Assembly (NCBI GenBank): GCA_016748015.1
Contig: JAAOMT010000586.1
Span: forward strand, 913,483 to 977,482
Source of the DNA: Geosiphon pyriformis uo1
Lineage: Eukaryota; Fungi; Glomeromycota
Direction: 5' to 3'
Length of the DNA: 64,000 nucleotides
Numbering within the stretch: position 1 is the stretch's first letter; each line of letters starts with the position of its first letter. The position numbers and the translations under genes are program-made. The notes beneath the pieces were generated by a model. The model saw only the letters and a list, made by a program, of their open reading frames with translations. It made no database searches and was not told where the DNA came from. Positions 24,206-40,450 of this stretch are shown here, one piece after another.

Positions 24206-26495
24206 ATGGGAATTATCGAAGGCGTACAACCGCTCGAAGAGCTATTCACCAACCCGGACACGTGTATAACTGAGTCGTGGAAGGAGCAGGTACCATTTAA
24301 GAAGTTTTAGGGAGTGCTTATAAAAAAGAGTAAAGCTGTAGCATGCCCCTTTTAAAACTTACTCAAACCAAATATGGGTTTCAAAATTTTGGATAATGTC
24401 AACACTTTAAGTCGCACACCGAAAGAAATATATACGAGTTGTTCAAGGAGGTGAAAAATTCTCAAGGTCTTGTTACGTAAGTTTTTTGATTTCAAAATCT
24501 CAGTATTGCTGGTACAATTGCTAATAATTTTGATATATTTATTTGATGATTTCCCTCGGTCTGGACGAATTCATTCATTTTTTGCGGACGGTCCATTAAT
24601 TTTTTCCAAACAACGAGACGATTATAGGGTCAGTCTCCATCGCGAAAAACATAGGAATTATTTATTGCGCGGCACCCAACATCTGAGTAGGTATTTTGTG
24701 TCTTTGGACGCTAGTAAACCATGGATTTGTTACTGGATTATGCATTCTTTGGATCTACTGGGTGCTCCGATTACTGCAGATTTAATTAATAGGTACTTTA
24801 TACAGGGGAAAATTTTCGCATTTAGGGTTTAAGAATTTTTTTGAATGTAAAGACGCGCCAAATCTACGCAGATTCTAGCACATGAATAAGAATATTAACT
24901 TTCACTCATTATTGAAAAAAGTGGAATATCAACACTTGCTAAATACCAGAATTCCACAGGGGGATTCGGCGGTGGATCCGGACAAATTTCACACGCGGCT
25001 GTTACGTATGCTGCGGTGAATACATTAGCAATTTTTGGTACGAAGGAAGCTTATGATATAATTGATAGGCAAGTCATTTCCCTTTGTAATATCTTAAGCC
25101 TTCTAGTTCTTATAATTTTAAATCCAACTTCACTAATCAATCTGTGAACAGAGAAAATCTTTATAAATGGTTGCTGAAGCTGAAAAAACCCGATGGATCA
25201 TTTGTGATGCACGAAGGCGGGGAAGTTGATGTGCGGTTAGGAATCCTTGAATTTTTGAGCGCTCATTTACGCCATTTGAAACGGAGTTATTAAATAAAAA
25301 ACTTAATCTTTCCAGTGGTGCCTATTGTGCATTATCCGTAGCGCTTATGACAAATATTCTAACATCGGAACTCATTGCTGGAACCCCTAAATGGATAAAA
25401 ACGTATGGCACAACCATTCTTGGGTTATTATCAAAAATGATTCAATGAACAAAATACTACAATTTATATTTCATCACGCTTTGTACTTAGGTGTCAAACT
25501 TTTGATGGTGGGATTGGTGGAGTACCAGGTGATGAGGCACATGGTGGGTATACGTTTTGTGGTGTAGCTGCCATGGAAATAATGGGAACAACACATCTTC
25601 TTGATATTCCACTGTTATTGGTAGGCCAACATTTACACAACAAAATGTCTATGATTCTGCATTAAATCTGCTTGGTAACTCTATATGATCAGTCGTATGC
25701 ATTTTAGAAATGGGCTGTATCGCTTCAGATGAAGTTGGAAGGTGGGTTTCAAGGTCGGCCCAATAAACTAGTTGATGGCTGTTACTCGTTCTGGGTTGGT
25801 GGCTTGTTCCCCTTATTAGAAGCAATATTAACACGACAACAATATGAAAAGCGGGCCCAGCCAGGTGGGGAGGAACTCGCTTCGTTTGTTGGTATGTCTC
25901 CATATAACCAAAAAATTTGGCGGAATTTTTTTGATTATTAATTTAATGAAGTATCTGTTTCTTTAGCCCAACCGTTATTTGATCGCGGTAAATTCTAAAA
26001 TTCTTAATACGTCAACAATTGATATTTAATCACCTGTGTATTAAAGATTGCTTCATTTTACGCGAAAACAGAAGCTCTTCAGGAGTATATACTGGTCGCA
26101 TGTCAGTCGCCCGGTGGTGGACTCATTGATAAGCCTGAAAAAGGACCCGACTACTATCACACATGTTATTGCCTAAGTGGGTTATCCACTGCTCAGCATC
26201 ATATTATTTTCGACGTGAATAGAGAAGAAGAACTAACAAATGAAAGACGACACACAAATAGTAACAGTTTGAGTGGCAGGGAGCGATCATTGTTATGGGT
26301 AGAAGAAGTGTTGGGAAAAAATGTGGTCGGCTTGCCAGAAAATATCGTGGTAGGTTATTGATTTTCAACTTTTCTATTCAGTGAAGTCATTCAAAATTGA
26401 TTAGGCCCATTTTTTTTCAGCGCGCAACCCACCCGGTTCATAACGTTTCTCTTCCTAAAGCTCATGCGATAATCAATTATTACAAAGACTTGTAA
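24206..26495 (+). CDS. RAM1: Protein farnesyltransferase beta subunit (multi-exon)
   Basis: SLDASKPWICYW, GGFGGG.GQISH, GGEVDVR, EAHGGYTFC, GGFQGRPNKLVDGCYSFW, DYYHTCYCLSGLS across spliced exons. Confidence 0.92.
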
Positions 26496-27381
26496 CATAT
26501 TTAAGTTAGTTTCTTTTGTATTTTTATTCCTCATTTTATATTCATTCACATATTATAAATTCAAAGCTAAAAAATGCTCTTGGCTGTTGAAAATTGAGCC
26601 CATTAGTTTGAGAACCAAAAACAAGCGCAATATGAGATTGCAAATTTCGTCCGAGTTAAGCTGAACAATGTGAAAATGCCTAATTCAAGTTAAAAATTAA
26701 GCCCACATGTTTCTCTTGCCACAATGATTTGCATGGATACTTCTCATCAGTTCTCCCCGAGAACCATTTATGGTTTTCCCACGATTGCTTCCTAGGGCTA
26801 CCATTAATAGAAAAATAACTCACACCTTGTTTCTCTCACAAGTGATTACCAGTAAATCGTAGCGTCGCTAAGAGTCGGTTTGATTAACAAACCTTCGTGA
26901 ATTTTCTAAGAATATTTTCGTTGACTTCGAGTTGCTGATAATTTCCGCTATTACTCGCAATCCCTTATCGATCTGATATAGTAATTTTTAGTTTAACGAA
27001 GACTTCTCAGGTAAATCTAGATGATTAACTAGGTCGCCATTCAGTAAAAAGAATTCTAAATGTAAGTCACCATAAATTGTTTTCGCCTATAAATTCTGGG
27101 TGCTTTCTCATCATGTCAAGACTCTAAATGTAAATAACTCTGGGTATTCCCTCATCAAATCCTTGTAGTGATTAATTATCAGGTAGGTCTGAGAATGTTT
27201 CTTTTCCTGTTTCAGTTCTCTTATGGAATTTATATTACTCGAGGAATCTTTGGACTCCTTCGAAATAGTTAAAGGATTTGACATCTGCTCCCGAAACGAT
27301 GGATTCCGAAGCAAAAAAATGGATTAACCCATTCGCTCATTTGAATTTTCAATAGATTGATCACCTATCCTGAGATAATTG

Positions 27382-28762
27382 TCATAGAGTTTCGGGGGTA
27401 TCACTGTCCAATTGCAAGGCATATTGGGCCTCCTCCAGCATTTCATGCCATGGATAGCTTGGTATGTATCTGTAATTATCGGTCATTAATTCATCATAAT
27501 TTATCTCGTCGTTTTCTGAAATGTTTGCCCAAGCCTCTTCAAATTCGGAATTTATCCCTTGCTGAGGTGGCGGCCGAAGCCACATGTGTTCGCGGATACG
27601 TTTATGCTAGCAAATTAAAAAATGAATCATTATTTTGAAGGTTATTATCAAGTTCATTGTTGAATCAGGGATGTAAAAGTTAAAAATTTACTTGTTCGCG
27701 ATCATATTCCATGCGTTTCAAGATTTCTTCCTTCCGGAAGGTAGTGGCTGTTACAGGAGGAGAGCTAATTCAAAATAAAATATAAATGATTTCTTCTTAA
27801 TACTGGAGCTTGGGTCAAATTTAGACAAACTATAGCAATGCACTCAAATAACCAGGAGCATTTTTTAAGGAATGTTAAAGAATAATTTAAAAATTATACC
27901 TTTGCTCACGTTCCCTTAAAACCTGTTCAGCCGCGTCAATCACGGCATCAGGATGATAACCTTTTTCTCTCCAAATCGAGAGCACCTTGGGGGAATTTGT
28001 ATAATTAGCGCGTACTGCTAATTTCTCAGACTCCCCTTTGCTGTAAATCAAGGTAAGGCTTTTTCATCTCACCTTGCGCGTATTTGCAATGTTTAGCCTT
28101 CCCTCTGCTCCTTCAGGAACGATGTTTGCGACTATACCAGCCAAGTTTTGCCTGATTAAGTCGGTATAGCCTGTGAACTTTTTCCATAAGGAGGCCTCTG
28201 TCATATAATCGTAGAGGTTTAAGTAGTTTAGGCGATGAATTACTTTAGCCTGTTAATATGCCGCGTACGAGAGCAACAGCAATATAAAGATTTTATCGGT
28301 TAATTTAGTGGTAATTTTGCACGTTTATACGAGCTAAAAATTTTAAAGACATTTTTGAAATTCTGAATTGACATAATTTTTATTGCTTGTCATTTGCGAA
28401 ACGATAGATAGGACCAAAATATTTTATCTGAAGCTATAGAGTTTACGAGATATCTTAAGAGCACGATAATGCGAAGCTAGAATACTATTAATCACTTTTC
28501 AATATCATAACCGGAAAAGATTATCGAGGCAAAGCAAATTTTGCAAGAAAGCTCTGCTTTTGTCCTTTAGAAAGAGCTTTCGAAAGAAATTTAACTGTTA
28601 TTTGTATACCTCTTCCAAGGACTCGTTAATACAGCTGAACAAATCCTCGCAGTGAACGCGGTGACATATAGCAAAGGCACAGGCATCTTTTTGAGTAGCT
28701 TGATAATGTGACATCTTCTTTAGAAAACGTAAAAAGTCAAGTCGAGCTTGGAACGGGTCCAT
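27382..28762 (-). CDS. CTK3: CTD kinase I gamma subunit (multi-exon)
   Basis: N-terminus MDPFQARLDFL...EDLFSCINESLEE; C-terminal KRMEYDREQHKRIREHMW...EFEEAW. Confidence 0.8.
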
Positions 28763-29005
28763 GGTTTTATTAATGGTAGAGGAGCGGAGATTGTTGGCGG
28801 ATACTTTGTTTTAGGTAGAACCTAGACGTAAGAAAAAGAGGTTAAGAAACAAGTCTTTGCAATTTGAAAACAACTTCTAAAATAGGTCATCAAAGCCCAC
28901 TGTTCAGGGTAACTTATCAGTAGGATCTGTCTGTCAGGGTATATCTGATATGATGATTTTATTGCTCAAAAAAGTTTCTTCTGCAATTTTTGTAAATTTG
29001 CCTCG

Positions 29006-31212
29006 ATGTCTAAAACGAATCCAAAGAAAATAGAGACTGACCTCCCAAATAATATATCTATCTCCGAAAAACCATCCTTTCGACTGGTATCGGAGCCTCT
29101 CGTGTCTCGAGAGGTACTAAGAACACCAAGTTCTCCCAGACAATCTCCAAACTCTACGAAATTAGTTCTTTCAGAACACCCTTCTTACCCACCCTCTTTT
29201 CACGAAAATGAAGCGGCTCGGGCAGTTCGCATACATTCAACGTTTGCCGGGCTTGACAAAAACGGTACTGGCTTTCTTGACCGTGATAAAATACAGAAAG
29301 GCTTGAGCGAGCATAAATTTCCAGCACGCAACAAGTATGCATCAGAACTCTTACAAAGATGTGATACTTCGAAAGATGGTGTGGTGGACTTTGACGAATT
29401 CAAGGCTTTTGTCGAGGAAAAGGAAAAAGAGTTGTGGAAGCTTTTCCTCGAGATTGATAAAAGTCGAGATATGCACTTACAACCAGAAGAACTGGAGGGG
29501 GCTTTCCGGAAAGCGGGTGAGGTTTACACCTAACCATATAATTAAAGTCAATTTCATGTATGAACTTTCTTTCATCTCACAATAAAATGCCTTTAATTAT
29601 ATCAGGCATTCAATGCACCAAAGAAGAAATCAAAAAGTTTATTGATATTATGGATCAAGATGGCAATGGAATCATTGATTTCGGAGAATGGCGAGATTTC
29701 CTTTTGGTATTTGGTAGTTGAATTGAGAATTCTCCAATTGAGCTTCTCGGATTTTCTAAATTTAATCAGAATTTTTGTCCAGCTGCTTCCAAGTGAAACG
29801 AATCTTCAGGAAATATATAATTTCTATCAATCGGGAGCTCAAGTTAATATTGATGGTGAAGTAGTGATTTCGCCAACAGATCCAAAGTATTTTCTTGCGG
29901 GAGCCATAGCTGGTAGGCTATCTGATTATGTTTGCTTTACCTTGGTGAGCGTAGAAAACCAAATTCTAAGTCTTATTGGTGCAACAGTTCTTTAACTAAC
30001 CCTTCCTTTAGGGGCTGTCAGTCGGACCGCTACTGCGCCTTTCGATCGTCTGAAAATATATCTCCAAACACAGACCGTTTCACCACGGAAATTAAACGTC
30101 TTTGTGAAAAGAGGGAAAAAGCTTAATGAATTGAATGAAATTCCATCTATACCCCCTGGCTGGAAGAAAGCTACCACCGCCATTAAGGAATTATATCAAA
30201 AAGGTGGAATATTAAACTTCTTTCGTGGGAATGGACTTAATGTTGCTAAAATCGTTCCAGAGAGTAGGTTTGTGTGCGGCCAGTAAATAAACGTTGTTGG
30301 TGTGGCTTTAGTTACTATGAATTTACACTAATATTTAATCCAAATTTCCAACTTATTAGCATAAAGTTTTATGCTTATGAACAATCAAAAGCTATAATTG
30401 CTTATTCGATGGGTACCGAAGATATAGAATCGATAGGAATTTCAGGAAGATTTCTTGCTGGGGGGATAGCCGGCTTGATGTCTCAATTTATAATATATCC
30501 ATTGGAAACTCTCAAAACGAGGTTAATGAGCTCAGCGGGTATGGGATCTCCATCATTGAAAGGGAGTCTTTTACTACGCACGGCTAAAGATATGTGGAAT
30601 ATACAAGGGACACGGACATTCTACAAAGGCTTGACTCCTGCTATGATTGGAGTGTTTCCATATGCCGCGATTGACATGAGCATATATGAGAGCCTAAAAA
30701 TGGCATACAGGAAGTGGGAAGAAAAACGGGATACTGTTAAAAAGTCAAACCAGTTTAGCGCGCTTCTCTCATTAGGTTGTGGAACGACGTCTGGTTCTAT
30801 AGGGGCGACAATAGTATATCCTTTATCGCTTGTGCGCACACGGTATGATTTCAAACCTTTTTCACCATTAAGAATTTGAGATAATTTTGGCCCTTTATTC
30901 CGTTGTATATTCTCATTACCCGATAAAATATATGACATTGAGAACTTTTAGATTACAGGCCCAAGGTACCCCAGGACATCCACAAACATATGCTAACGCG
31001 TTGGATGTTATTAAAACAACATATTCTAACGAAGGTATTCGTGGATTTTACAAGGGATTGGCACCAACATTAATAAAGGTGAGTATGTTCTTTGATGTCG
31101 ATAATGTTCTCAAAACTCAGTTATATGCTATCTTTTGATATAGGTTGTTCCAGCCGCAGCGATCACCTACTTGGTTTATGATCAAACGAAGCATAAAATG
31201 AAATTAAGCTAA
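29006..31212 (+). CDS. SAL1: Calcium-binding mitochondrial ATP-Mg/Pi carrier (SCaMC/SLC25A23-25 family)
   Basis: EF hands ([35 protein letters not shown]) plus carrier motifs ([39 protein letters not shown]). Confidence 0.92.
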
Positions 31213-31448
31213 ATAAAATTATTTTAGAGAGTATCGAAAAATTCTCAACTGTATTTATATCTTTTCATTTTAGTAAAGTAACTTTTTTCGCAAATCCACT
31301 TATTTAATTCTGAATTAGAAAGACTTGAGCATTAAATTTTTTCATTATTTGGGATTTCAATGTTGACCCTGTTAGAAAAGGTAACTAAGCAGTATTCTAA
31401 CAATTCAAATTAATATATCAAAATTACCCTTAGTCAGATATTAGAAAT

Positions 31449-34302
<2,854 letters not shown>

Positions 34303-34411
34303 TTGTTCGACAAGTCACGCGGAAAATTTTGAAATGAAATGCTCTCCGATCGGATATTCAACCTAGATCTAATTAAAAGCAAAGATTTTACAAATAGCCA
34401 TGACTCGTGCG

Positions 34412-34560
34412 TTTTTTACATGTGACTAGCCACCCAAGCTGGTCAAGATTAAACTACAAAAAAAAACATACTCAAAACAAACATTCTATGCATAATTGCA
34501 ATTATATTATTGCTTTCAACTATACCAGCCAACCATATTTGCATCAGACTTAATATCATG
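34412..34560 (-). mobile_element. 5'-truncated LINE 3' end (hairpin plus short poly-A)
   Basis: Minus strand GACCAGCTTGGGTGGCTAGTCACATGTAAAAAA matches the LINE 3' ends at ~52665 and ~61165. Upstream extent is uncertain. Confidence 0.55.
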
Positions 34561-36349
34561 ATTTTATAGCTTTTAAAGAGTTATTAATTTATTAAAAATA
34601 TTATTACTAACAAAAAGAATTATATTATTATTATTTATAATTTTATTAGAAAACCCATCTATTTTACATTTTAATTTAAGATTCACTATATTTGTACACA
34701 ATTTACAAATAATTTTACCAATATTGTAAATAATTTTCTTAATTGCAAAAAGTTTTTTTAATTTAGTATTTAAAAAAAAATACTTATTAATTTTATAACC
34801 AAAGTAAATTCAGCTAATTTAAATTTTAACCATAAAATTAGCAATAACAACAGAATAAAAAGCCAAAATAATAATAATTTATATATATATATATAATTTT
34901 GTATAAGTAAAATAATTTGTATAAAAAACCAATTTTTTAATTTTAAAAACAATACAGCCAAAAAAATTTTATTAACTTGGGTTTAAAAGTATTTTTTAAA
35001 ATGATTATTTTTTTAATTAAAAAAAATTTTAACATTGTTATTTAATAAAAACAGATTAACAAATCAAAACAATATCTAAAAATATATATAATTTAAAATA
35101 CATAATTTTATATTATTATTATTTAATAAATTTTAACTTAATACTAAAAACTTTGTTAAAAATACTTATTATATTTTTAATATTACTTATAATAATTTTA
35201 AAAAATATTATAAAAAACAATAACAATAAAATTAAAATTAAAATCAAATATTACACAATTTTAAGAAAATAAATTAACAAACTTAATTATATAATAATAT
35301 TCAAAAAATTTAAAATATAAATTTTATACAAAAAAATTAAATATTGTCTTTAAAAACAGATTTTAATTTAAAAAAACATGTAAAAATTTGAATATAATTT
35401 TAATAAAACCAACAGTATTTTTAAAAAACATTATTTTTATTTAATTAATTTAATTTTTAAAATTAAATAATTTAAAATTATATGTAAAATCATAATTTGT
35501 TTTATTTTTAAAATTAATAAATATTAGCTAAAATTTAATCTATTAATTAAAATTAATTTTGGTAAATATATTATTATTATTATTATTAAATAAAAAAAAG
35601 CTATTATTTATAATTAAATTTAGAAAAATCTGCAAAAAAACTTTTTTTCTTGTTAATTTTCTGGTTATAATAAGAACTTAATTCACAGATCAGTTATGAT
35701 TAAGTATATAACACATAGTAAAATTTTATACAAATCTACTATTAGAAGCACCAAACACTGGTTTTTTATGCTATTAGCAGCTACTGTATTAATCAAAGCA
35801 ATTAATAATACAAATATATGAACTTTTGCAAAAATAGTAAATAAAAACATGTGTACAAGATAATAATAATTCTGCTTTTTTTCATGGTTTTTGCTATGTA
35901 AGAAACCAGCATTTTTGCCTCCATTTATATAGTAAAAGTTATCAGCATTCAATAATTCAAAATTTTTACAATTAATAATATGCCTTTTTTTGGAGAAAGT
36001 GTAAAAGCTTACAAAGATTTTATAACTATAGCACACTTAATTGGCTTTATTACACCCATACTCTCTTTTTTGTTAAGCAAATTAAAATTAATTAAAGTGT
36101 TTTTTTGTTATAACTTGGCAGTTGTTTGTCAAGCTTACATAGGAAAAAATTAACCACACCCTCATTTATTGTTTTATCATCTTAATTAGTATGTTCATCA
36201 GTTTTTTTATGGGAACAATATGACCAAAAATAAGAAAACTGAAACATGATGAGAATGATATCAATTTTGCAGGTGGTTTTTCTTATTATTTATTTTCTAT
36301 AGCTATTGTATCTTCTGAAGAACTTTTAGCTTTATTAATTTCTAATATT

Positions 36350-38460
36350 TATTATACTTGTTTATTTGCAGTATCTTTAAAAGCACAAAAAAACCTCCCA
36401 ATCTAATTTTGAATTGTATTTACTTTTGGAACATCCTTTTACACAATTTTTTCTGATTCTACAAATCTTATAAGTTCAATTTGTATTTCTTTTGCTAATA
36501 TGCGATCTTAAGAGTTTGAATTTCCATTTATAAAAAAACTTTGCAACAACATATTTATTTTTTTTGACATATGTTTTCTTTTTTCTTTTCCACTCATTTT
36601 CTGATTATGTTTTAGTGCCCATCTTTTTGGTAGTAGGTATTTTTGATCAATCAGGTTATGATTCTTTTGATTAAAATTCTATATAAGATTTTATGAACAC
36701 AATTAAAAGACTTACTTTAGATTAAAAGCAGTGGCATCTTAATTTATATTTTACAAATATGAGGTTAATATCAAACAATCTTATTATTTTATTTAGAATC
36801 AATTCAAGAAGACACATTGACTTCATAATCTTTTTTTGGTCTTTTCAATAGTCAGTTTTATTATTGATTAATTTCTAATATCATCTATTCTTTAAGTATT
36901 TTTTAATTAAATATAAAGATAATATTAGTATTATTTATATTATTGTTGCTACAAACAATCTTCAGATTAAATCTACTTAATATTTATGGCATTTGCATCT
37001 CCCAATTAATGAGATTTTTAGTATGCTCTGAAAAAAAGATTTTGGTCTAACAATCTCTGTATTACATAAATTTTCTATAGCTGCTAGTGAATAATTCTTT
37101 CAACTGCCAACATATGGAAGTGGCCACACACAAATATAATCCACCAGCAGTCTTTTAGTAGACTATTCCCAATAATAATACTTGGAAATTCCTGGTATAG
37201 TTTTTATAAGCACTTTTTTTCTTTTGTTTTCTGCTTCTATTTGACCATGATCTGGTTCTATATTCACAAAAGAGGTGTTGGCAATATTTTGACTGGCTTT
37301 TATGATGTTATTATTCTTCATAATATCAAATCCAATTTGTACATATTGTTTAATTGCATGAGCAATCTGGATAAAATTAGTATGAGTAAAGAAATAATAT
37401 AATCTAGTTTTATATTTACTTATTGAGACATAATGTGAATCTATTATAGTTTTTGCTTTATCTGGTTTAAAAAACTACCAACCTAGCACTTGGATATTAT
37501 ACCATTTAAACTAATAACTTATGATAGCTATAAGCTGAGAATTGTGATAATAAAAACTATTTTCAGAAAGTATGTAAATCCATTTTGGTTTTTTTCATAT
37601 TGTTTCAAATACAGCTTCAAATAATAAAGCTGTAAACCAAGCATTTTGCTTGGTATCCATACTCCAGTGGTCATAAGCTCTAACAAACAATTTATTTTCA
37701 TCAGGCTTTTTTATAAACACAAGAATTATATACAAGATCTATCCTTGTTTGCCAAAAAATGCTTCTTTGGTTTTTCTGGCTGATTGAGATAATACTCACA
37801 TTTTATAATCTGCTATGATTATAGCACCATTTTTATCCAACTGATTCAATGCAGCTTTAAATTGTGCATTTAGATAAATTTTTTTTGCTTGATGTGCAAG
37901 AAAATATTGAAATCTATCTCTAATTTCCACATACTATGAAATTCATCTAAGCTAACATAAGATTTTATGAATTTAAACAATTCAAAATGTTTTTGGCACT
38001 CTTGACAACTTAAGGAATATGATTTATCACATTCTCCAAAAGCATATAACAAGCAATGATTGATACAATTATTATGTGATATTATACTATTAGCATTAAT
38101 TATCAATTTATTTTCATAAGTTTGTTTCATATGTTGATGTAGCTTTTTAATATGTGACAAAATATTATTCTAAAAATTTAGGTAAGTAAATAGTATTAAT
38201 TATAAAACACAATATATATTAATCCCAATTTTTTTGTTAGTAAAGATTCTACATGCCAGTCTTTTCAAATCTGAAAATGCTTCATAACTATAATTATTGC
38301 ATGTTTGATACAAGCCACCCAGATTTTCACAATAACAAATATGTGTATTATTAGCCAATTGTCCCATAAATAAAGTTTTTTTTATTCTGTTTGAGTAAGT
38401 TTTAGAAAATTTTTCCCATAAAGCTTTTTTTTGGTCTTTCATATACAAAACAGACAAATT
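36350..38460 (-). mobile_element. Degenerate DNA-transposon-like gene (Cys-rich N-terminus plus DDD/E-type core), with intron-like gaps
   Basis: ORFs 37870-38160 and 38200-38457 (CxxC, CINHC); remnants ADYKM*VL..SAR.TK..FFGK.G, ILSENSFYYHN, KTI.DSH, and C-terminal WALK.NQK...DVPKV.TIQN. Confidence 0.55.
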
Positions 38461-39791
38461 TAATTTTGAGTTTACTTAATTATAATTAAATTAATACAAT
38501 TTGCTAAGCTTAAAATTAAAATAATTACTTTTTTAAAAATATTTATTGAGATTTTTTTAAAATAAAATTTTTTAAGTTATATAAAATTTATTGGCATTTT
38601 TTTTGTAAATTAAAAAAAAATTATTGGTTTTTATAATTATTTTTTAGTCGTATAGTTTTTAAGATTAATAAATTAATCTTTTAATTTTATAAAATATATT
38701 GTTTTATTTCTTATTTTCTTAATTTTGTTTAATAATTAAAATATAAAATTGTTATTTTTGGTTTATAAAAAAACTTAAATATTATAATTATAAAAACTAA
38801 TATTTTGAAAAACTATTATATTTTGATAAAAAATCTTTAAATATTAATATTGTTTTAAATATTTAAATTTAAATATGTAATATAATATAATATTAATATA
38901 ATATTATATGTTATTTAACTTTAAAATAATATTATATGTTATTTAACTTTAATATTAAACAAATATTATAATATTATTATGTTTTTATTTAGTATTATAT
39001 TAATATTACAAGACTATTTTTAGTGTTTAAATTATTAATATTTTTTATGTAATTATATATTTTTTAAATTATTAAGATATATAAATATAAATATATATTT
39101 TTTTAGTTCTATTATTTTATAATAAAAATATTATATTGCTATTATTTAATTTTAGTTTACATTATCTACAAAATTCAAATTAAGGCATTTTTGTTTTTTC
39201 TTATTTTTAATTTATTAAAAATATATATATATATATTATAAAATAAATAATAAAAGAATTATACTTAATAAAGCATTTGAGATTTTAAAAATAATAAAAA
39301 ACACATTTTATTTTATTTTCATTATTTAATATAATTATTTCAAAAATTAATTAATGATTTTTTTATTATATTAAATAAAACTCAAATTAGATATGTTCAA
39401 AAAAAACAGACAATTTAAAATAGTTTCTGAAATACATTATTAATACATTATTAATACTTTTTATACATTTATCGAAAAAAAACACATTATTTACATCAGT
39501 TGACATTTTTATTAATGAAACTCAAAACAACACATCTCACTTTTAAAACAATTATATAAAGAATTCAATACAGTAGCTGAACCAACCTAAATTACAACTA
39601 ATACATAAAAGCTTTAATTAACATAAATTATTTGTGGATTTATAAATTTTTATTGATTTATAGTGTATCTTTTAAGCAAAAACTCGAGATATCATACCGA
39701 TCTGCAGGTTTTATGAGATCTAACTGACTATAAAATAAAAGGTTTTAACTTTTTTTAGGGAAATTTCTCTCGCGTCCTTGCCACCTTTGCA

Positions 39792-40450
39792 ATGCTGCGT
39801 TTTCCCAGTCGTATAAGTCAAAGCGTGTTTAGAAACATTTCAGTCAGAAGTGCCTCTACAGCTTCTGTTCCTTCGATTGACAACCTTGAGACGCGCTGGA
39901 AAAGTTTGTCGAGTCAGGAACAACAGACCCTCACGAAAGAGCTCGAAGAACTTCAGAAACAAGATTGGCATCAACTGTCGGTTGACCAGAAAAAAGCTGG
40001 TAGACTAGAAACCCCTAATTAAATTCAATAATGAATTGCAGATACAGGACCTACTTCAAACCTTCTTCTTTTCATTAGCGTATTATGTTGCCTTTGGTCC
40101 GCATGGACCAAGAAAGCCGCTACATGGATCAAATCACGGCATCAAAGTGTCTATCGGGGTAATTGGGTGTCTTCTTGCTGGTGTTGGACTATTCTATTAT
40201 ATCGAGTCACTTGGTATGTTTTTGGGAATTTTAATTATGAAAAATTTGTTGTAGACAATTAAGCTGCTCTATATTAACAATATTATATGTAATCTTTATT
40301 GGAATTCAAGTACCCGAAAAACCACGTACATTGACCAGAGAGTGGGAGGAAGCTACTAACGAAAGGCTGCGTCAAGAGAAAGTTAATCCAATTAGCGGTA
40401 TTTCCTCTGAGGACTATAGTGGAAAAGGCTATGTTGTTTCCTCGAAATGA
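39792..40450 (+). CDS. COX5: Cytochrome c oxidase subunit IV/5 (3 exons)
   Basis: Mitochondrial presequence; LE.RW..L...EQ; QK.DW..LS..QKKAAYYVAFGPHGPR; TM helix; NPISGISSE.Y.GKG. Confidence 0.92.

Noticed and set aside
27099-27111. 13-nt match to the PBS of copy C (GGTGCTTTCTCAT)
   Set aside because: Lacks the TGG start and any adjacent LTR or tRNA fold; probably chance.
27111-27314. 67-aa ORF downstream of CTK3 as a separate gene
   Set aside because: No recognisable motif, TTG start, probably within the CTK3 3' UTR; cannot be supported.
34770-36036. Hydrophobic ORFs in AT deserts (also 52910-53104, 54203-54427, 56624-56911) as membrane proteins or mitochondrial inserts
   Set aside because: F/I/L/K/N bias follows from extreme AT content; several overlap decayed LINE sequence.
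38898-39456. Short direct duplications (28 bp near 38900, 11 bp near 39433)
   Set aside because: Expected slippage in very low-complexity AT sequence.
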